Under the pieces are notes generated by a model. The model ran no database searches, had not been told where the DNA came from, and worked only from the letters and a program-made list of their open reading frames with translations. This document shows, piece by piece, positions 59,577-64,000 of a DNA stretch of 64,000 bases. Source of the DNA: Dictyostelium discoideum (Eukaryota). Position numbers and translations under genes: made by a program. How positions within the stretch are numbered: the stretch's first letter is position 1; each line of letters opens with the position of its first letter. Location: assembly GCA_000004695.1 (NCBI GenBank), contig CM000151.3, positions 7,200,001-7,264,000 on the forward strand, written 5' to 3'.

Positions 59577-60221
59577 CTCTTTTACAAAAAAAAACAAAAA
59601 AAAAAAAAAAAAAAAAAGAAAAAAAAATTAAAAATAAAAACAAAAATAAAAACCAAGGTTATAACATCATATATTATTGTAATGGAACTCGTTAAGGGTT
59701 GTTTTTTTTTTTTTTTAATATCTTTTCTTTTTGTAACTCGCCATAACATTTTATTTTTTTTTATTTTTATTTTTATTATTTTTTTAATTTTTCAATTTTT
59801 TTTTAACCTATTTATTTTGAGAATAAAAATCAGATATTTACAAAATTTTATTTTTAATCGGTTTTTTTTTTTTTTTTTTTGGCATCAAAAAAAAGAAAAA
59901 CACTGGCCGAGTTTTTTTTTTTTTTTTTTTCAGTAATCACCAAAAACCTATAATATTAATTTACCAAAAATGGCTGAGATTAGTAAAGAAAATGAAGATA
60001 ATTTTATTTTTAAAATGAAAGTATTATATAATCAAATGATTCACATACCATCAATGTTCAGTACATTAAAAACAGAGTTTCCTCTTTTTTTTGAAACTGA
60101 TACTACAAATATAATTCATTTACCAATGACATTACAGAGCAAAATTATTCAAAAGTGAATTTCTCTTCGAAAATTTTTTTTAAAAATTTAAAGATATAAA
60201 AACAAAATCCTAAATATATTA

Positions 60222-60281
<60 letters not shown>

Positions 60282-60338
60282 AAGATTTTAATTGATATAA
60301 ATAGACCAACAAGAGGATATTGTTCAAAATTTATAAAA

Positions 60339-61279
60339 ATGTTAACTCAAACATTAGAAAGATTAGATAAAGAAGTTAATGAATCAATATTAGAGAAATT
60401 TTTAGAAATAATATCACCAATAACGCCACATCAAAATGATGATGGTGGTGATAATAATCAATCAGAAGATAAAACTGAATATTGTTGGAAATCATATTAT
60501 ATACAAAATAAATGGATAACTTTAAAAAATGAAAATGCATACAATTTAGTTGGTATGACAACATGGGGTGCAGCATATCAACTCTCTGATTTCATTCTAT
60601 CAAATCAAAATTTATTTATTAATAAAAATATATTAGAATTGGGTAGTGGTACAGGTTTAGTTGGTATAATCTTAGATTTCATTAAACCATTAAAAAAAGT
60701 CATCTTAACTGATTATTCTCCAAAAGTTTTAAAAAATTTAAAATTTAATATGGAATTAAGTATGTGTTTTTTTTAAAGTTTATTTGATAATAATTAATAA
60801 TAATAATAGTAATAATTTTTTTTTAAAAAAAATGTTTAGATAATTTAGAAATTCAAGATTTTATTAATGATGATGATGATGATAATAATAATAATGTAAA
60901 TAAAGAAAATGATGATAAAATTAATCAGGTTAGAGTTTTAGATTGGGAGATCGAAGATTTAAATATTTTAAATAATTATAGTGGATTAAATGATTCAAAT
61001 ATTATATTAGGTGCTGATATAGTTTATGAACCATCACTTTGTAAATACTTGGTATCAATTTTATACTTTTTATTAGAAAGAAATGAAAACTCTGTAGCAT
61101 ACATTTCTTCAACAATTAGAAACCAATCAACATTTTCAATATTTCAAAAAGAATTAAATCTTAAAAATTTAACTGTAATTGATATAACAAAACAATTTGA
61201 GCAATCATCTCCAACTTCACCTTTTATTTATGATAGATCTCAAATTGTATTATATAAAATTTATTTAGAAAAGAAATAA
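60339..61279 (+). CDS. Class I SAM-dependent protein-lysine methyltransferase of the FAM86/EEF2KMT-METTL21 (MT16) family; 2 exons approx 60339..60759, 60840..61279. The ORF 59970..60158 could be an additional 5' exon
   Basis: ...WKSYYIQNKWITLKNENAYNLVGMTTWGAAYQLSDFILSNQNLFINKNILELGSGTGLVGIILDFIKPLKKVILTDYSPKVLKNLKFNMEL|NNLEIQDF...VRVLDWEIEDL...ILGADIVYEPSLCKYLVSILYFLL... has the E/DxGxGxG motif I, the DY/DxD post-I and the (D/A)DIVYE post-II of the family. The donor is A|GTATGT at 60760 and the acceptor GTTTAG at 60839. Anchored to ORF-track 60339..60776 and 61049..61279. Confidence 0.7.
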
Positions 61280-61379
61280 AAAATAAAAATAAAAATAAAA
61301 AAAAGTATGTGTTGATACATATGTAATATAGTTTTAATTAGTCTATAGAATATATATATACATGAATTAATTGTTTTTA

Positions 61380-61419
61380 TTATTTATTTTTGTATAAAAA
61401 AAAAAGATAAAATGAAAAT

Positions 61420-61458
<39 letters not shown>

Positions 61459-61736
61459 TAAGTAATGTCATCTTCTAAAGATTTATGTTGTTGAACTGAA
61501 ACTAAATTTGGAGTACCTTTGAATGCTTCGTAAACTCTAATATGATCATAGCCATTATCAGTTTTAACTTTGATAAAGTAATTCATACCATTAACCAATT
61601 GTTTCTTATACGAGATTGCTTGGAATATTGAATAATTGGTACCTAGTTTCTTTTCAAGTTGTTCTTTAACTGTATTGGTAATTTCTTGAATCTCTGGTGT
61701 GGCATTAATTGGATGTGGGCTAATTCCTCCTGTCAT
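61380..61736 (-). CDS. Cystatin A / stefin-type cysteine-protease inhibitor. The reading frame has no stop after the conserved C-terminus and runs on into a poly(A)-encoded poly-Lys tail
   Basis: MTGGISPHPINATPEIQEITNTVKEQLEKKLGTNYSIFQAISYKKQLVNGMNYFIKVKTDNGYDHIRVYEAFKGTPNLVSVQQHKSLEDDITYF aligns residue-for-residue with human stefin A (MIPGGLSEAKPATPEIQEIV...QYKTQVVAGTNYYIKV...LTGF), including the N-terminal G and the QxVxG loop. Confidence 0.8.
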
Positions 61737-62533
61737 CTTTTTTTTTTTTTTTTAAACTATTAATATTTGAATACTTTAAAAGTTGTTTTTTGATTTTAAA
61801 TGTTAACTAAATTAAAAAAAAAAAAAAAATTTCTTTTAAATAATTAAAAAAATACAAATTGCTTTGAATTAATATTTTTTTTTTTTTTTTTTAATTTAGT
61901 TTTTTTATTATAAAAAAAAAAATTAAAATAAAATTTTAAAAAAATTATTATAAAAATGGTGAAAGGGGTATTTAATTTTATAATTATGACACCACACTCC
62001 CCCACTCACTTTTATATATATTTTTTATTTATAAATGTATATATCAAACAAAAGTAATTTTTTTTTTTTAATATTTCATTTTTAAAGGTAAATTTTTTTT
62101 TTTACATCTCACTTCATATAAATTTATTTTTTTCTATTTTTAAACTTTTTTTTTTTATTTTTTTTTTTTTTTATTTTTTATTTTTTTTCAAATTACAAAA
62201 AAAAACCAAATTCTTGAATATCTTTAATCTCGATCAAACCATTTAACATTTTTTATTTTTATTTTGTATTATTTTATATTATTTTTTTTTTTTCGTAAAA
62301 TGCAAATTTAATTTAATTTATTTTTTTTTCATTTCTCAACATTTCAAAAAAAAAAAAATCAATATAAAAAAAAAAAAAAAAATTAAAATCATTTTATTAA
62401 AATACCTTTTTAAATATCTTTACAATAATTATTATCTTTATAATAATTATTATATTTATCTAAACATTTCCAAATAATAAAAAATATAAAAATAAAATTA
62501 AAATTAAAATTAAAATTAAAAAAAAAAACAAAT

Positions 62534-63068
62534 ATGGATTGTATAAGTACATTTGAAAATAATAATAATAATAAAAATAATTTAAGTGAAATTATTAAAA
62601 AAACAGTTGAATTTGTAAAAGAAGAAATTAATTCATATAATGACCCATCACATGATTATAATCATATTGAACGTGTTTGGAAATTAGCAAAGAATATTGC
62701 AGAGAAAGAGAATTATGCAGACCCAAATAATAGTGAACGTCCAACTGAATTATTAGAATTGGCAGCATTATTACATGATGTGAAAGATCATAAATATTTG
62801 AAAAAGGGTGAAGACGAAAATACATGTTCAAATACAATCATTTCATTTTTAACTTCAAATAATTATCCATTAGAAAGTGCTCAAAAGATTGCACTCATAG
62901 TTAGTCAAATTTCTTTTAAAAATGAATTAGGTAATTTTTCAACAACTCAACTTTTACTTGAATCTAAAATTGTACAAGATGCTGATAGATTAGATGGTAT
63001 GTTATTATTATTATTATTATAATTAAATTTATTTATTAAATTTAAAATAATTATTAATAATTATTTAA

Positions 63069-63145
<77 letters not shown>

Positions 63146-63444
63146 TATTATTATTTAGCAATTGGAGCAATTGGTATTGCAAGAAGTTTCTCATTTGGTG
63201 CAATAAAGAATAGACCATTCTATGGAGAGGGTACTATGAAATTAATGAATTCAGATTTAAAAACAGTTGATATGTCACAAGAACAATATAAAAAACAAAC
63301 AAGTCCAACAATTGACCATTTTTATGAGAAATTATTTAAATTACAATCATTATTAAAAACTGAAACTGGTAAAACAATGGGAATTCAAAGACATCAATTT
63401 ATGGTTGATTTTATAAAACAATTCAATAATGAATTAAATAATGG

Positions 63445-63489
<45 letters not shown>

Positions 63490-63490
63490 G
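62534..63490 (+). CDS. HD-domain metal-dependent phosphohydrolase; 2 exons approx 62534..62996, 63159..63490
   Basis: HDYNHIERVWKLAKNIA...LELAALLHDVKDHK...KIVQDADRLD|AIGAIGIARSFSFG carries the HD...H...D...DADRLDAIG motifs of the HD superfamily. The donor is G|GTATGT at 62997 and the acceptor TTTAG at 63158. The intron contains (ATT)n. Anchored to ORF-track 62534..63022 and 63236..63490. Confidence 0.7.
63074..63146. repeat. (ATT)n microsatellite, ~24 units, in the intron of the HD-domain gene
   Basis: Perfect trinucleotide run between donor 62997 and acceptor 63158. Confidence 0.8.
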
Positions 63491-63654
63491 AATTAATTTA
63501 TTTATTTATTTATTTTTTTATTTTTTTGATGATAATTTGTAAATAAAAATAAAAATATTAAAAAAAAAAAAAGATATATATTTTAGCTTTGCGTATCTAC
63601 TTTTAATTTTTTTTTTTATATTTATTTTTTTTTTTTTTATAAAAAAGAAAATAT

Positions 63655-63942
63655 TTAAAATGAATTTGCAATTTCAGATAAAATTAATGAAGATTTAGCT
63701 TTAATTTCATTTTTATCTGAAATATCCATTGGTAAATTATTGAATTCTCCTTTTTCTATAAATTCTTTTAACTTGTCAAAATCTGAAGAAGATGCCAATA
63801 AATTTCTTAAATATCTATAAAATAGTAAATGATTATCATATAAAGTAAATTCACGTGTATATTGTTTTAAATAGGCTTCAATAATTTCCAGAATTTTATT
63901 AACATTATTTTTAATCATTTTTTTTTTAATTTCTTTAGTCAT
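63655..63942 (-). CDS. Hypothetical small protein (95 aa), no recognisable domain
   Basis: Clean ORF MTKEIKKKMIKNNVNKILEIIEAYLKQYTREFTLYDNHLLFYRYLRNLLASSSDFDKLKEFIEKGEFNNLPMDISDKNEIKAKSSLILSEIANSF with non-homopolymeric codon usage and an AAAATG start context on the minus strand. Confidence 0.35.
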   Translation of the reverse strand: MTKEIKKKMIKNNVNKILEIIEAYLKQYTREFTLYDNHLLFYRYLRNLLASSSDFDKLKEFIEKGEFNNLPMDISDKNEIKAKSSLILSEIANSF

Positions 63943-64000
63943 TTTTATTATTTATATTTAATATGCATCTAAAAATAAAATAAAACAAAAAAAAAAAAAA

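Overview
The window is nuclear genomic DNA from a dictyostelid social amoeba, almost certainly Dictyostelium discoideum. It is about 78-80% A+T, has long poly(A)/poly(T) intergenic tracts, poly-Asn/Gln/Thr coding runs, and short AT-rich introns with GTAAGT-type donors and (T)nAG acceptors. Nothing in it looks prokaryotic, and there is no rRNA or CRISPR array. I find about 30 protein-coding genes, most with 1-3 short introns, plus one tRNA-Ser(AGA) gene with a tRNA-targeted retroelement fragment ~46 bp upstream and several microsatellites. The recognisable genes are: an SLC35-type nucleotide-sugar transporter, a rhodanese-domain protein, a KCTD/BTB gene directly abutting a Fis1 homologue, a mitochondrial PPR protein, choline/ethanolamine phosphotransferase (CEPT), a TBC Rab-GAP, a Rac GTPase, a bacterial-type (GltA-like) citrate synthase, a mitochondrial carrier, a DUF676 hydrolase, an expansin-like protein, a DH-PH RhoGEF with a long Pro-rich tail, proteasome ATPase Rpt1/PSMC2, WDR36/UTP21, a phospholipase-B-like protein, a LisH-RasGEF, PEX11, a B-box/FNIP-repeat protein, a FAM86/EEF2KMT-like methyltransferase, cystatin A and an HD-domain hydrolase. 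The most unusual item is a minus-strand two-exon gene at 25140-25967 that encodes a polytopic membrane protein with two in-frame TGA codons, and a SECIS-like element about 300 nt into its 3'UTR; I read this as a candidate selenoprotein with two Sec residues. Other points of interest are the BTB(KCTD)/Fis1 overlap, two lineage-specific tandem membrane-protein clusters (a 7TM pair and a 4-TM triplet, five minus-strand genes across 49.6-59.4 kb), and the retroelement/tRNA landing pad. All exon boundaries were worked out by hand and anchored to the supplied ORF track; they may be off by a few nt, and homopolymer lengths were not relied on.
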